Origin: a virus
IMG/VR virus record: IMGVR_UViG_3300025651_000001
Strand: one strand, 5' to 3'
DNA: 60,471 bases
Shown here: piece after piece, positions 52,513-59,728 of the stretch
Layout of the letters: every line of letters starts with the position of its first letter
How positions within the stretch are numbered: position 1 is the first letter of the stretch
The notes under the pieces: model-generated
Seen by the model: the letters and a program-made list of their open reading frames with translations, nothing else
Databases searched by the model: none
Told to the model about the DNA's origin: nothing
Translations under genes and position numbers: made by a program

Positions 52513-54057
52513 TCACGCCGACGGCTGCTGCTCCGGCGGTCGCCCGCCGTTGCCTGCGCCCCCTGCGGGCGCCTGCCCTGTTACCTTCCGTGGCTCCGGG
52601 AGGGTTTCGCGCTCGCGGCGCATCTGCTCGATGTCCGCGTCGGCGTCGTAGTCGCTGGAGAGGAGCCCGCGCCGCTGCATCTCCTTGATCCACTGCTGCC
52701 GGGAGATGTCGCCCCGGTTGCGGGCGTTGGCAAGCTCAGCCAGATCGGCGCTCTCAAAGCCCTGCGGCCCGAAGTCCTCGTTGATCCACACGCTGCCGCC
52801 AGCGTCGTCGCCAAGCCCGAGCCAACGAGCGGTGTACTGCAGGGCCGTCTCCATGGCGTCGCGGAAGGAGATGGTCATGACCTGCAGGGGAGACAGCATC
52901 GAGCGCCGCGCGTTGACGGCCGGAGTGGCGACGTAGGTGGCGACACCCGGGCGCAGATACTCGGCACCATACATCGCCATCTGCTCAAGCAGCGTCTGGA
53001 GGTCCTTGGCGCCCTCGCCGATGGCGGCGCCGGTGGACTCAACATAGTAGAAGCGGCCCTGCGGGTCGCTGGCCCAGAGGACCTTGTTGGGACCCACCTG
53101 GATGTCGGTGCCGCCGCCCGTTCCCTCGCTGTCGGCGCCAGAGACAGCCAGCATCGGGAAGCGCGACACACTCAGGATGTTGCGCTGATCGGTGTAGCTC
53201 TGCCAGTGACACACGTTCATGAACGCGAGGTCAAGCAGCGGCGGCTTCGCCAGCATAAAGGACTGGCGGTCGGTGTAGAAGGTGACCAGCGGCACCTCCT
53301 TCAGCGTCGTCTCGCCCTCCTCGGCCAGCACCCACTTGTCATCGCCCGGCCGCGCGTTCTCGTCGGGCACCCACACCTGCCAGCGGCCGGGCTCGCGGAC
53401 CTGGATGCGGCGCACGATCCGCTCACCGAAGCCCACCCGCTCCACCAGCGTCTCATAGAAGCGCAGGTGGGTGATGACCTCGCGCCCGTTGATCACCTCA
53501 GCGTAGGCCGCAATCACGTCCTCCGGCTGGATGAGAAGCCAGTAGGGACGCAGCCTCTGAGCCCGGTCGTCAGCAAGGGTGCGCGGACGGTTGCCGACGC
53601 GCGGGAACTCCACCAGGACGTGGGCAAAACCCTTGGCCAGACCCTCCCGAAACCACTTCCGGGCGAACACGTCGATGTGCGTTCCGCACAGATCGATGTC
53701 CTCGGCCAGCGTCCTGATCTCCTCGGGCACGTCCGGCTCCAGCCGGATCGGCTGGGCGAACGGGAAGCCCACGAGCGTATCCAGGGTCATCTCAAGCGCG
53801 TTGACGAGGACACCCTGGTTGCGGCGCCTCTCCCAGTTGTCATGCGTCTCGGCGGCATGCTTGGGCAGGTAGATCTCACCCGCCGCGCGCATCGTCTCGG
53901 TGCCGCCAAGCACCGCATTGATGAGGTCCCAGCGAGGCGCCATCACAGCATACTGCATGAAGCGGTGGCTGGGCTGAACCTCATCCGTCTGGCCCGAGGG
54001 CGCGCGCGGGGTCACGCCCGCCGGCTGGGAAGTGTACGAGGTCTCAAGCTTCGCCAT
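52513..54057 (-). CDS. Portal protein (514 aa)
   Basis: ATGA overlap with the terL stop. Size is typical for a portal. Confidence 0.75.
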   Translation of the reverse strand: MAKLETSYTSQPAGVTPRAPSGQTDEVQPSHRFMQYAVMAPRWDLINAVLGGTETMRAAGEIYLPKHAAETHDNWERRRNQGVLVNALEMTLDTLVGFPFAQPIRLEPDVPEEIRTLAEDIDLCGTHIDVFARKWFREGLAKGFAHVLVEFPRVGNRPRTLADDRAQRLRPYWLLIQPEDVIAAYAEVINGREVITHLRFYETLVERVGFGERIVRRIQVREPGRWQVWVPDENARPGDDKWVLAEEGETTLKEVPLVTFYTDRQSFMLAKPPLLDLAFMNVCHWQSYTDQRNILSVSRFPMLAVSGADSEGTGGGTDIQVGPNKVLWASDPQGRFYYVESTGAAIGEGAKDLQTLLEQMAMYGAEYLRPGVATYVATPAVNARRSMLSPLQVMTISFRDAMETALQYTARWLGLGDDAGGSVWINEDFGPQGFESADLAELANARNRGDISRQQWIKEMQRRGLLSSDYDADADIEQMRRERETLPEPRKVTGQAPAGGAGNGGRPPEQQPSA

Positions 54058-55574
54058 CAGAAACCCCTCTGGCCAGCACTGCGCCGCATCCGGCGCACCC
54101 TGTATCTCAGCTCGTCCCCGATGTGGTCCTCAGCGTCCGTGTGGACGTCATCGGGGTTCTTGTCGTCCCGGGGCAGCACGGGCACTGTCTCGATGAACTG
54201 AAGACAGTCCTCCGTGACCCAGAGGCCCGGCCGATCCGGGGCCCCGACCTTGACAGCCTGCAGGCGCTCACGGATCATCTGCCAGCCCTGGCTCCGGCTG
54301 CCCGGCTCCTTCGCCGCGCGCTCCCACCGGACGCCCTGGCTGCGCATCGCCTCAGCGATGTTTGGTGAGCCAGGACGCGGGTCAAAGATAGACGTGTCCG
54401 CCGGCCCCGGCAAGACGCGCCCAACTATTCCCATACGGCGCTCACGCAGGATGATGCCCTGAGCAATGTCCGTCGGGGGCATGTTCAGGCCCTCGTTGCG
54501 CTTGCCGGTGAAGCCGTACCACTCCGCGAAGCGCACCAGGTCGCCGCGCACATGCCCAATCACACGGCCGTCCGGCAGCGTCATGGGCTCGCCATTGCTC
54601 TCGGCATACCATCCCACACTGAACGGGCGGCTCTGGCCGTAGTCGAAGGCCCGATCAATGCGCCAGCCCGACGGGATATTCCGGGGATCGATCCGTGGGA
54701 TGACGTGCACCTGCCCATCCCACAGATCGTCGAACATGCCGCCCGACGTGATGTCCCAGCTGCCCTCCAGCCAGGCGCGCAGCTCGTTTGGGTTGCGCGC
54801 CGACATGCGTAGGCGGTTGATGTAGTCCGGGTCCGCGTCGAGCAGTATACGGTTTTCCATCAGGTGGCCGTGGATGGCGACGCGCGGCGGCTCGGGCGAG
54901 CCATCCGGCCCAACGGCATCGACGATGACGCGCGAGCGCCCGTGGGGCAGCCGGAAGCGCGCCTTGACCCAATTGTGACCGACGCCGTATGGGTTGGTGG
55001 TGGCCCGATACTTCCTCGGGATGCCGGGCACCGTCGAGCGGCAGCACGACATCATCATCCGGTAGCCCTCGTCAGTCGGCCAGGTCGTCAGCTCCTCCCA
55101 CCCAATGAATGGATAGGCGTGGCCGTGATAGTTCCAGTAGTCGCTGGGCCGGTCGAACTGCCGGAACAGCAGCTGCTCACCGTCCGGGAACGTCCACGTG
55201 GACTTGGCCTGGTTGTACTGAGCCGCATCGCCCCAAATCAGGCGAAACCACTTCTGGGACTTGGCGATAAGGTCCCCCAGCTGTGGATAGGACTGGCGGA
55301 AGATGACGCCGCGCCACTCCGGCCCAAAGCCCTGGCCGACGTGCTGGGCGAAGTCCATGAGCAGCGCGTCCGTCTTGCCCGGGCCGCGCGTGCCCTCGTA
55401 CAGCACCTCAAAGACAGGGCAGCTCAGGAACGCCGTCTGCGAGCCGGGCTGCGGCACCCACACGGGTGTCCCTGCAGGCTTTGGAGGCTCAATCCAACCC
55501 GGCGGCACGTTCTCGTGGTGTCGCGGCGAGCCGCCCATCATGATCTCACTTCTCGGACGCTGTCGGACTGTCAT
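54057..55574 (-). CDS. terL: Terminase large subunit (505 aa)
   Basis: Walker A YEGTRGPGKTD. The C-terminal half has Asp-rich nuclease-type motifs. First large gene of the late block. Confidence 0.85.
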   Translation of the reverse strand: MTVRQRPRSEIMMGGSPRHHENVPPGWIEPPKPAGTPVWVPQPGSQTAFLSCPVFEVLYEGTRGPGKTDALLMDFAQHVGQGFGPEWRGVIFRQSYPQLGDLIAKSQKWFRLIWGDAAQYNQAKSTWTFPDGEQLLFRQFDRPSDYWNYHGHAYPFIGWEELTTWPTDEGYRMMMSCCRSTVPGIPRKYRATTNPYGVGHNWVKARFRLPHGRSRVIVDAVGPDGSPEPPRVAIHGHLMENRILLDADPDYINRLRMSARNPNELRAWLEGSWDITSGGMFDDLWDGQVHVIPRIDPRNIPSGWRIDRAFDYGQSRPFSVGWYAESNGEPMTLPDGRVIGHVRGDLVRFAEWYGFTGKRNEGLNMPPTDIAQGIILRERRMGIVGRVLPGPADTSIFDPRPGSPNIAEAMRSQGVRWERAAKEPGSRSQGWQMIRERLQAVKVGAPDRPGLWVTEDCLQFIETVPVLPRDDKNPDDVHTDAEDHIGDELRYRVRRMRRSAGQRGF

Positions 55575-55657
55575 GTCCGCTCAACTCCAGATCCCACTCC
55601 CCCAGGTCAGTCACGCGGGAACATAGCGCCTGTTGGGTGAGCAGTCTAGTCGCCCGC

Positions 55658-55927
55658 TCAGTTCATCCTCAACGCCGCCTCGGCCAGCTCCTCGCTGGTG
55701 CGCCGGTCGTCAGGATAGATGCGAAGGCACAGCGGACAATGCTCCGGCTCGCCCTTGCAGGCCAGCTCCTCATTGTCGTCGGGCGTCGTACGCAGCAGGA
55801 TGTCCACAGAGCCCAGGTCGTCGCCCACCCAGCCCGCCGGATTGCGGCAGACGAACACAACTCCGTCCTCCTCGATCTCCTCGCGCGCAACCGAGATTGC
55901 AGTCACCAGGTCATCATAGTGCATCAT
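55658..55927 (-). CDS. Hypothetical acidic protein (89 aa); first ORF of the late block
   Basis: GGAGCACGAG RBS, ATGATG start. Does not look like a TerS. Confidence 0.6.
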   Translation of the reverse strand: MMHYDDLVTAISVAREEIEEDGVVFVCRNPAGWVGDDLGSVDILLRTTPDDNEELACKGEPEHCPLCLRIYPDDRRTSEELAEAALRMN

Positions 55928-55956
55928 CTCGTGCTCCAGCGGCTGATTCTGCCTGG

Positions 55957-55996
55957 GGAGAGAACAGAGAGGCCCAAGAACTTCCGTCCTTGGGCC
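55957..55996 (-). terminator. Leader terminator/attenuator hairpin upstream of the late genes
   Basis: On the - strand: GGCCCAAGGAC-GGAA-GTTCTTGGGCC (11-bp stem, GNRA loop) followed by TCTCTGTTCTCTCC. Confidence 0.5.
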
Positions 55997-56003
55997 CCCT
56001 GGG

Positions 56004-56045
56004 TCACTTCGTCCGCGTCTTGTCCCGCCCCAGCTTGGTCGCCAT
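56004..56045 (-). CDS. 13-codon leader ORF (MATKLGRDKTRTK)
   Basis: GGAGG RBS 6 nt before the ATG. The stop lies 8 nt before the leader hairpin. Confidence 0.3.
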   Translation of the reverse strand: MATKLGRDKTRTK

Positions 56046-56074
56046 GGCAGCCTCCGGCAGTGTTAGCGGCTGGA

Positions 56075-56104
56075 ATCATAGCTCAACCCAACTCCGGGAG
56101 TCAA
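56075..56104 (-). promoter_or_regulatory. Leftward promoter PL2 (TTGACT, 18 nt, TATGAT)
   Basis: Read on the reverse complement: -35 at 56099-56104 and -10 at 56075-56080. Confidence 0.55.
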
Positions 56105-56363
56105 TCCTGTGTGTGGTGTGCGGGCCGGATTGAAGGCCCGGGGTGTGAGAAAGGTGTGGGGCGTGTCCCGGTCGTGTGTTTTTGTGTGTTTTTGTGTGGT
56201 GGGTACTGTGTCCCGGATGTGCGATCCTGGCCGTTGGAGGAGGGGAGATGAGTCCTGGGGTTGAAACTGTTGGCGCGCTTGCGGTGGAGGTGCACGCACC
56301 ACGGGGGTTGTTTGATTGTCACAGGGGGGCCAGGTGGGGTGGTTGGTTGTCTTCAACCATCTT
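56105..56363 (-). other. CA-rich (GT-rich on +) untranslated leader transcribed from PL1
   Basis: The - strand reads ...CCACACAAAAACACACAAAAACACACGACC.... Only low-complexity ORFs without an RBS are present. Confidence 0.45.
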
Positions 56364-56369
56364 ACAAGT

Positions 56370-56398
56370 ATTATAGTAGAGGAAGGGAGATAAGTCAA
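56370..56398 (-). promoter_or_regulatory. Leftward promoter PL1: perfect consensus TTGACT(-35)... TTGACT, 17 nt, TATAAT
   Basis: Reverse complement reads GAAAAAATTTGTCCGAG...TTGACTTATCTCCCTTCCTCTACTATAAT. It shares the TTGACTTATCTCC core and upstream A-tract with the early promoters. Confidence 0.75.
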
Positions 56399-56486
56399 GA
56401 GGGAATATCGCCACTCGGACAAATTTTTTCTACAGACAGACACCACACACATGTTGTTTGGTTGGTTGGTACAGAGTGGTTGGTTG

Positions 56487-56582
56487 GAGGGAAGGAAGAG
56501 AAGGAAGGAAGAGAAGGGAGGGAGAAGGGAGGGAGAAGGGAGGGAGAAGGGAGGGAGAAGGGAGGGAGAAGGGAGGGAGAAG
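56487..56582 (+). repeat. Purine-only tandem array: 6 perfect copies of the 11-bp unit GGGAGGGAGAA (56516-56581) preceded by degenerate GGAAG repeats
   Basis: Period 11 was verified from the block-by-block shift. There are 12 consecutive G3 tracts on the + strand. Confidence 0.95.
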
Positions 56583-56634
56583 GTACGTCGCCCTAGATGG
56601 TTGGTTGGTCAGTACAGGATGGTTGGTTGTAGGC

Positions 56635-56876
56635 AGAGGGCCGAGGGCCGAGGGCCGAGGGCCGGGCGAGGGCAGAGGGCCGGGCAGAGGGCCGGGCAGA
56701 GGGCCGCCGAGGGCCGGCGCTGGGCAGAGGGCCGCCGAGGGCCGAGGGCCGAGGGCCGAGGGCCGGGCGAGGGCCGAGGGCCGGCGAGGGCCGAGGGCCG
56801 GCGAGGGCCGAGGGCCGGGCGAGGGCCGAGGGCCGGCGAGGGCCGAGGGCCGGCGAGGGCCGCCCAGGGCCAGGCC
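56635..56876 (+). repeat. About 25 copies of the heptamer (G/C)AGGGCC, with a 17/18-bp higher-order unit GAGGGCCGAGGGCCGG(G)C repeated 6 times at 56769-56871
   Basis: Copies were counted directly. All are in one orientation. G-runs are on the + strand. Confidence 0.95.
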
Positions 56877-56945
56877 GAAACTCAAGCGGCGCTTGGCGTT
56901 GAGCCACGCAGACGAAAAAAGTTGTCTCGGAGGCAATTTTTCCAC

Positions 56946-56974
56946 TTGACTTATCTCCGGTCCTAGGCTATCCT
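56946..56974 (+). promoter_or_regulatory. Early promoter PE3 (TTGACT, 17 nt, TATCCT); divergent from PL1
   Basis: Same core as PE1. Upstream GAAAAAAGTTGTCTCGGAGGCAATTTTT. Confidence 0.7.
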
Positions 56975-57024
56975 GGAACCATCGATAGAGGGCGACGCCC
57001 TCGGAACAGGAAGGGAGAACACAG

Positions 57025-57240
57025 ATGACCCGCCAGGACCGCAAGGCCATGCACAACGAGCTGATCGAGCACGGCGTGCCGTACTGCCTCACCTATCGCT
57101 GGAGCGATGGCTATGTGCAGCGAGCCTATCAGCCGGCCGATGACGCGCAAGAGCTGGCCGACTGGTTGCGCGAGAACAGCCGGCTCGCCCGCCTGCTGTA
57201 CGTCCGCGACCTGCGCACCGGCCGCTTCTGCCGCGTCTGA
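57025..57240 (+). CDS. Hypothetical early protein (71 aa)
   Basis: GGAAGGGAGA RBS. First gene after PE3. Confidence 0.7.
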   Translation: MTRQDRKAMHNELIEHGVPYCLTYRWSDGYVQRAYQPADDAQELADWLRENSRLARLLYVRDLRTGRFCRV

Positions 57241-57331
57241 CCGGGCACTCCGGATTGACGCTCTACATTGAGGGCGCCGGTCGCCCTCAAGCTAGAGCGC
57301 CCGCCGGGCGCCGAAGGAAGGGAGAACACAG
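57241..57331 (+). repeat. Intercistronic element R1 (double hairpin plus RBS)
   Basis: TTGAGGGCG-ccggt-CGCCCTCAA (57268-57290) and GCGCCC-gcc-GGGCGC (57297-57311), then GAAGGAAGGGAGA. Confidence 0.85.
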
Positions 57332-57718
57332 ATGACCAGGATCCTCGCCAACTATCCTGCGATCACGATCATCGAGGACAAGGATCGGGAGTTCACCGAC
57401 GGCGACGACATCGCCGTTCCCTACAAGTCAGCCCACCACGGCACCCTCTACAGCTTCTACAAGCTGGGCTCTGTTGAGGAGTATGCCCGCAGGTACAGCC
57501 AGTACAGCAGGGACGTAGAGGCCGCCGTCGCCCACGCAAAGCAGAACGGTCATGCCCTCTACTACGCGAACCCACTCGCCACATCGATCACCGCATGGAG
57601 GAGGGAGAAGAAAACCGTACCGGCATTCTCGCACGGCGACGTGATCAGGGCGTTCGGCAAGAAGTTCAGGATCGTACCGGCGCCGAACCAGAACATCCGG
57701 CTCCAGGAAGTTGAGTGA
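57332..57718 (+). CDS. Hypothetical early protein (128 aa)
   Basis: ATG follows the R1 RBS. Confidence 0.7.
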   Translation: MTRILANYPAITIIEDKDREFTDGDDIAVPYKSAHHGTLYSFYKLGSVEEYARRYSQYSRDVEAAVAHAKQNGHALYYANPLATSITAWRREKKTVPAFSHGDVIRAFGKKFRIVPAPNQNIRLQEVE

Positions 57719-57801
57719 GCCTGAAGACGTTCTACATTGAGGGCGCTGGTCGCCCTCAAGCTAGAGCGCCCGCCGGGCGCCGAAGGAAGGGAGACACGAC
57801 C
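57719..57801 (+). repeat. Intercistronic element R2
   Basis: Same about 65-nt core as R1 (CTACATTGAGGGCGCTGGTCGCCCTCAAGCTAGAGCGCCCGCCGGGCGCCGAAGGAAGGGAGA). Confidence 0.85.
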
Positions 57802-58089
57802 ATGGCCAAGTATCAGGTTGAGTACACGGACACGTTCGCCGGCGAAGCCAACTATTCGTGGGTGAGGCGAGCCACCATCTCCATGCCGGAGCTCACGCAC
57901 TACGGCTGGGATGGTTCGACAGGATACCTCAAGGCCAATCGCACGTATCAGCGCGAGCTCATGCGCCGGGCGAAGGCAGCCGTAGGCCTGACTGGTTTGC
58001 GGGGCCGGACATACGACCATGGGGCCACATACGAATTTCGCCCGTACAGGTCCGCCACGGTCATGTTCGTGACGTGGATCGATGACTGA
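57802..58089 (+). CDS. Hypothetical early protein (95 aa)
   Basis: ATG follows the R2 RBS. The GTG-initiated extension reads through the repeat and is rejected. Confidence 0.7.
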   Translation: MAKYQVEYTDTFAGEANYSWVRRATISMPELTHYGWDGSTGYLKANRTYQRELMRRAKAAVGLTGLRGRTYDHGATYEFRPYRSATVMFVTWIDD

Positions 58090-58176
58090 CAGCCAGGATT
58101 GACGCTCTACACTGAGGGCGCTGGTCGCCCTCAGACTAGAGCGCCCGCCGGGCGCCAGAGGAAGGGAGACACGACC
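58090..58176 (+). repeat. Intercistronic element R3
   Basis: Same core, with a compensatory T:A to C:G change at the base of hairpin 1 (CTGAGGGCG...CGCCCTCAG). Confidence 0.85.
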
Positions 58177-58263
58177 ATGCGCCTCACCACTGCCCTGGGC
58201 GAGCTCATCGCACTCGCCACCTTCATCGCCACCCTCGTGGGCTGGCTGTCCATCCTCGCATGA
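58177..58263 (+). CDS. 28-aa hydrophobic micro-protein (MRLTTALGELIALATFIATLVGWLSILA)
   Basis: Uses the R3 GGAAGGGAGA RBS with the same spacing as its neighbours. Below the ORF-track cutoff. Confidence 0.55.
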   Translation: MRLTTALGELIALATFIATLVGWLSILA

Positions 58264-58277
58264 CCGGAGACACGACC

Positions 58278-58898
58278 ATGACCGACACCGCCACGCTGCA
58301 CCTGCGCACCCTTGCCGCCGTCGCCCTTTTCGCCGAGGGTCCCCGCGCCCAGACGCACCGCCCGCAACTGCGCGGCGTGAACATCACGACAGAGCACCGC
58401 CACACGACATACGTCGCAACGGATGGCGCCGCGCTCCTGGCCGTCCGGCGCCCGGCCGCCAACACGCTGCTCGGCTCCTGGATCATCCCCGCCGACAAGG
58501 TCGCGGTGCTCAAGGCGCCGGCGCGCGGCGCCGATGAGGCAGAGCTCAGCGTCATGGCGGACGGCTGGCTACAAATCGTGGCGCCTGAAGCGCGCGTGCC
58601 GTTCCAACCGATTGACATGCCGTTCCCCGGCTGGCGCGCCGCAGTGCCGCACACGCCATCCAACGAACCTGCCGCATACGATCCCGACTATCTCGCTCGC
58701 ATGCGCAAGGCGGCCAAGCTGGGCAACTTGGGAGAAGTCCAGATGACGCAGAACGGGGAGCTCTATCCAGCCATCTTCACCTTCGCTGTGGCCGGTGAGG
58801 ACGCCCTGGGACTGGTCATGCCCCTGCGGCGAACCGCCACCGCCACTCCCTACAGGGAGGCGCCTGTCATTCCTGGCTGGGCCTTCGCCAATGCCTGA
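58278..58898 (+). CDS. Truncated sliding-clamp (DnaN)-like protein (206 aa)
   Basis: YVATDGAALLAV resembles the DnaN ATDGHRLA motif. PFPGWRAAVP, about 80 aa later, resembles FPDYRRVLP with similar spacing. About half the length of a beta clamp. Confidence 0.4.
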   Translation: MTDTATLHLRTLAAVALFAEGPRAQTHRPQLRGVNITTEHRHTTYVATDGAALLAVRRPAANTLLGSWIIPADKVAVLKAPARGADEAELSVMADGWLQIVAPEARVPFQPIDMPFPGWRAAVPHTPSNEPAAYDPDYLARMRKAAKLGNLGEVQMTQNGELYPAIFTFAVAGEDALGLVMPLRRTATATPYREAPVIPGWAFANA

Positions 58899-58923
58899 CG
58901 CGCCGGCGAGTGACCCTGAGGAC

Positions 58924-58949
58924 GCCGCAGAGGCCCCTCCCTCTGCGGC
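58924..58949 (+). terminator. GC hairpin GCCGCAGAGG-N6-CCTCTGCGGC (terminator or RNA-stability element)
   Basis: 10-bp stem after gene 58278-58898. No U-tract. Followed by the conserved CACCTGAGGGCC. Confidence 0.35.
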
Positions 58950-59001
58950 CACCTGAGGGCCGCCACAGACGAAAAAAGTTGCCTCGGAGACAATTTTCCA
59001 C

Positions 59002-59030
59002 TTGACTTATCTCCGGTCCTAGGTTATCCT
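59002..59030 (+). promoter_or_regulatory. Early promoter PE4 (TTGACT, 17 nt, TATCCT)
   Basis: Core identical to PE1. Confidence 0.7.
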
Positions 59031-59080
59031 GAGACTATCGAAAGAGGGCGATGCCCTCGGAGCAGGAAGGGAGACGTAGG

Positions 59081-59359
59081 ATGGCTACTGTTTCTACAGC
59101 CAAAGCCGCACAGCGATATTTCGAGATGTACGTGATCATCCAGACCCAATACTTCTGTGGGCACAAGTACCAGACGCTCTGGGAGGATGACATTTCCGGC
59201 CGGACTGCCCGCTTTGCCACGGCGAGGGAGGCGCAGGACTACATCAAGGGACTGAGACGCAACATCTACTACTACGCGGCCGGCGAGTATCGGCGACCCA
59301 CCTATCGCGTCTGCCGCATCGACCGTCTGCCGCAGAACCTTGCCGAGACTTTGCACTAA
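59081..59359 (+). CDS. Hypothetical early protein (92 aa)
   Basis: GGAAGGGAGA RBS. Confidence 0.7.
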   Translation: MATVSTAKAAQRYFEMYVIIQTQYFCGHKYQTLWEDDISGRTARFATAREAQDYIKGLRRNIYYYAAGEYRRPTYRVCRIDRLPQNLAETLH

Positions 59360-59395
59360 GCGCCGCTCTGAGCACCGAGGAAGGGAGAACACACC

Positions 59396-59683
59396 GTGGC
59401 CACCATCCGATTTAAAGCCAAGCCGTTCACCGTCTATAACGTCGATGATACGGTGGCGTATGTCGCTATTCCAGTCCCCAAGCTGGAGCGCAGGCATTGT
59501 GACATGGCCGCCTTTCGGAATCACCCGAAGTATGGGCCCTATGCCAACAGCGACCTGTTCGGCGGCATGCTCAACCACATCCGCAAGGAGCGCCTTGGCG
59601 AGACCATCCGACTGGACCGTGTGCCTGAGGGCGTCTCGGTGGACACGTCAGGGTTCCTGGCTGTTGTTACGCTGGACGTATGA
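59396..59683 (+). CDS. Hypothetical early protein (95 aa, GTG start)
   Basis: GGAAGGGAGA RBS 7 nt before the GTG. Confidence 0.65.
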   Translation: MATIRFKAKPFTVYNVDDTVAYVAIPVPKLERRHCDMAAFRNHPKYGPYANSDLFGGMLNHIRKERLGETIRLDRVPEGVSVDTSGFLAVVTLDV

Positions 59684-59705
59684 GCCGCGCGTGACAGCTG
59701 AGGAC

Positions 59706-59728
59706 GCCGCAGAGGCCCCCTCTGCGGC
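59706..59728 (+). terminator. Second copy of the GCCGCAGAGG / CCTCTGCGGC hairpin
   Basis: 10-bp stem with a 3-nt loop. Same flanks as the copy at 58924. Confidence 0.35.

Noticed and set aside
55658-55927. The 89-aa ORF upstream of terL as the small terminase.
   Set aside because: It is acidic, has no HTH-like or oligomerisation-helix pattern, and is much shorter than typical TerS proteins. The ORF at 987-1640 fits better. The possibility is kept open in the findings.
56487-56876. Possible CRISPR array.
   Set aside because: The repeats are 7-18 bp and directly abutting, with no unique spacers. No cas genes are present.
56430-57092. Long ORFs across the tandem arrays (56430-57092 -, 56451-56966 +, 56458-56949 +, 56593-56907 -), which translate to Gly/Arg/Pro/Ala/Glu low-complexity 'proteins'.
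   Set aside because: They are direct read-outs of the 11-bp and 7-bp repeats in every frame. They have no RBS. They lie between divergent promoters that point away from them.
57255-57260. TTGACG in R1 and R3 as a -35 box of internal promoters.
   Set aside because: No acceptable -10 lies at 16-18 nt. R2 has GAAGACG instead, while the rest of the element is conserved. The conserved part is the hairpins and the RBS, not the hexamer.
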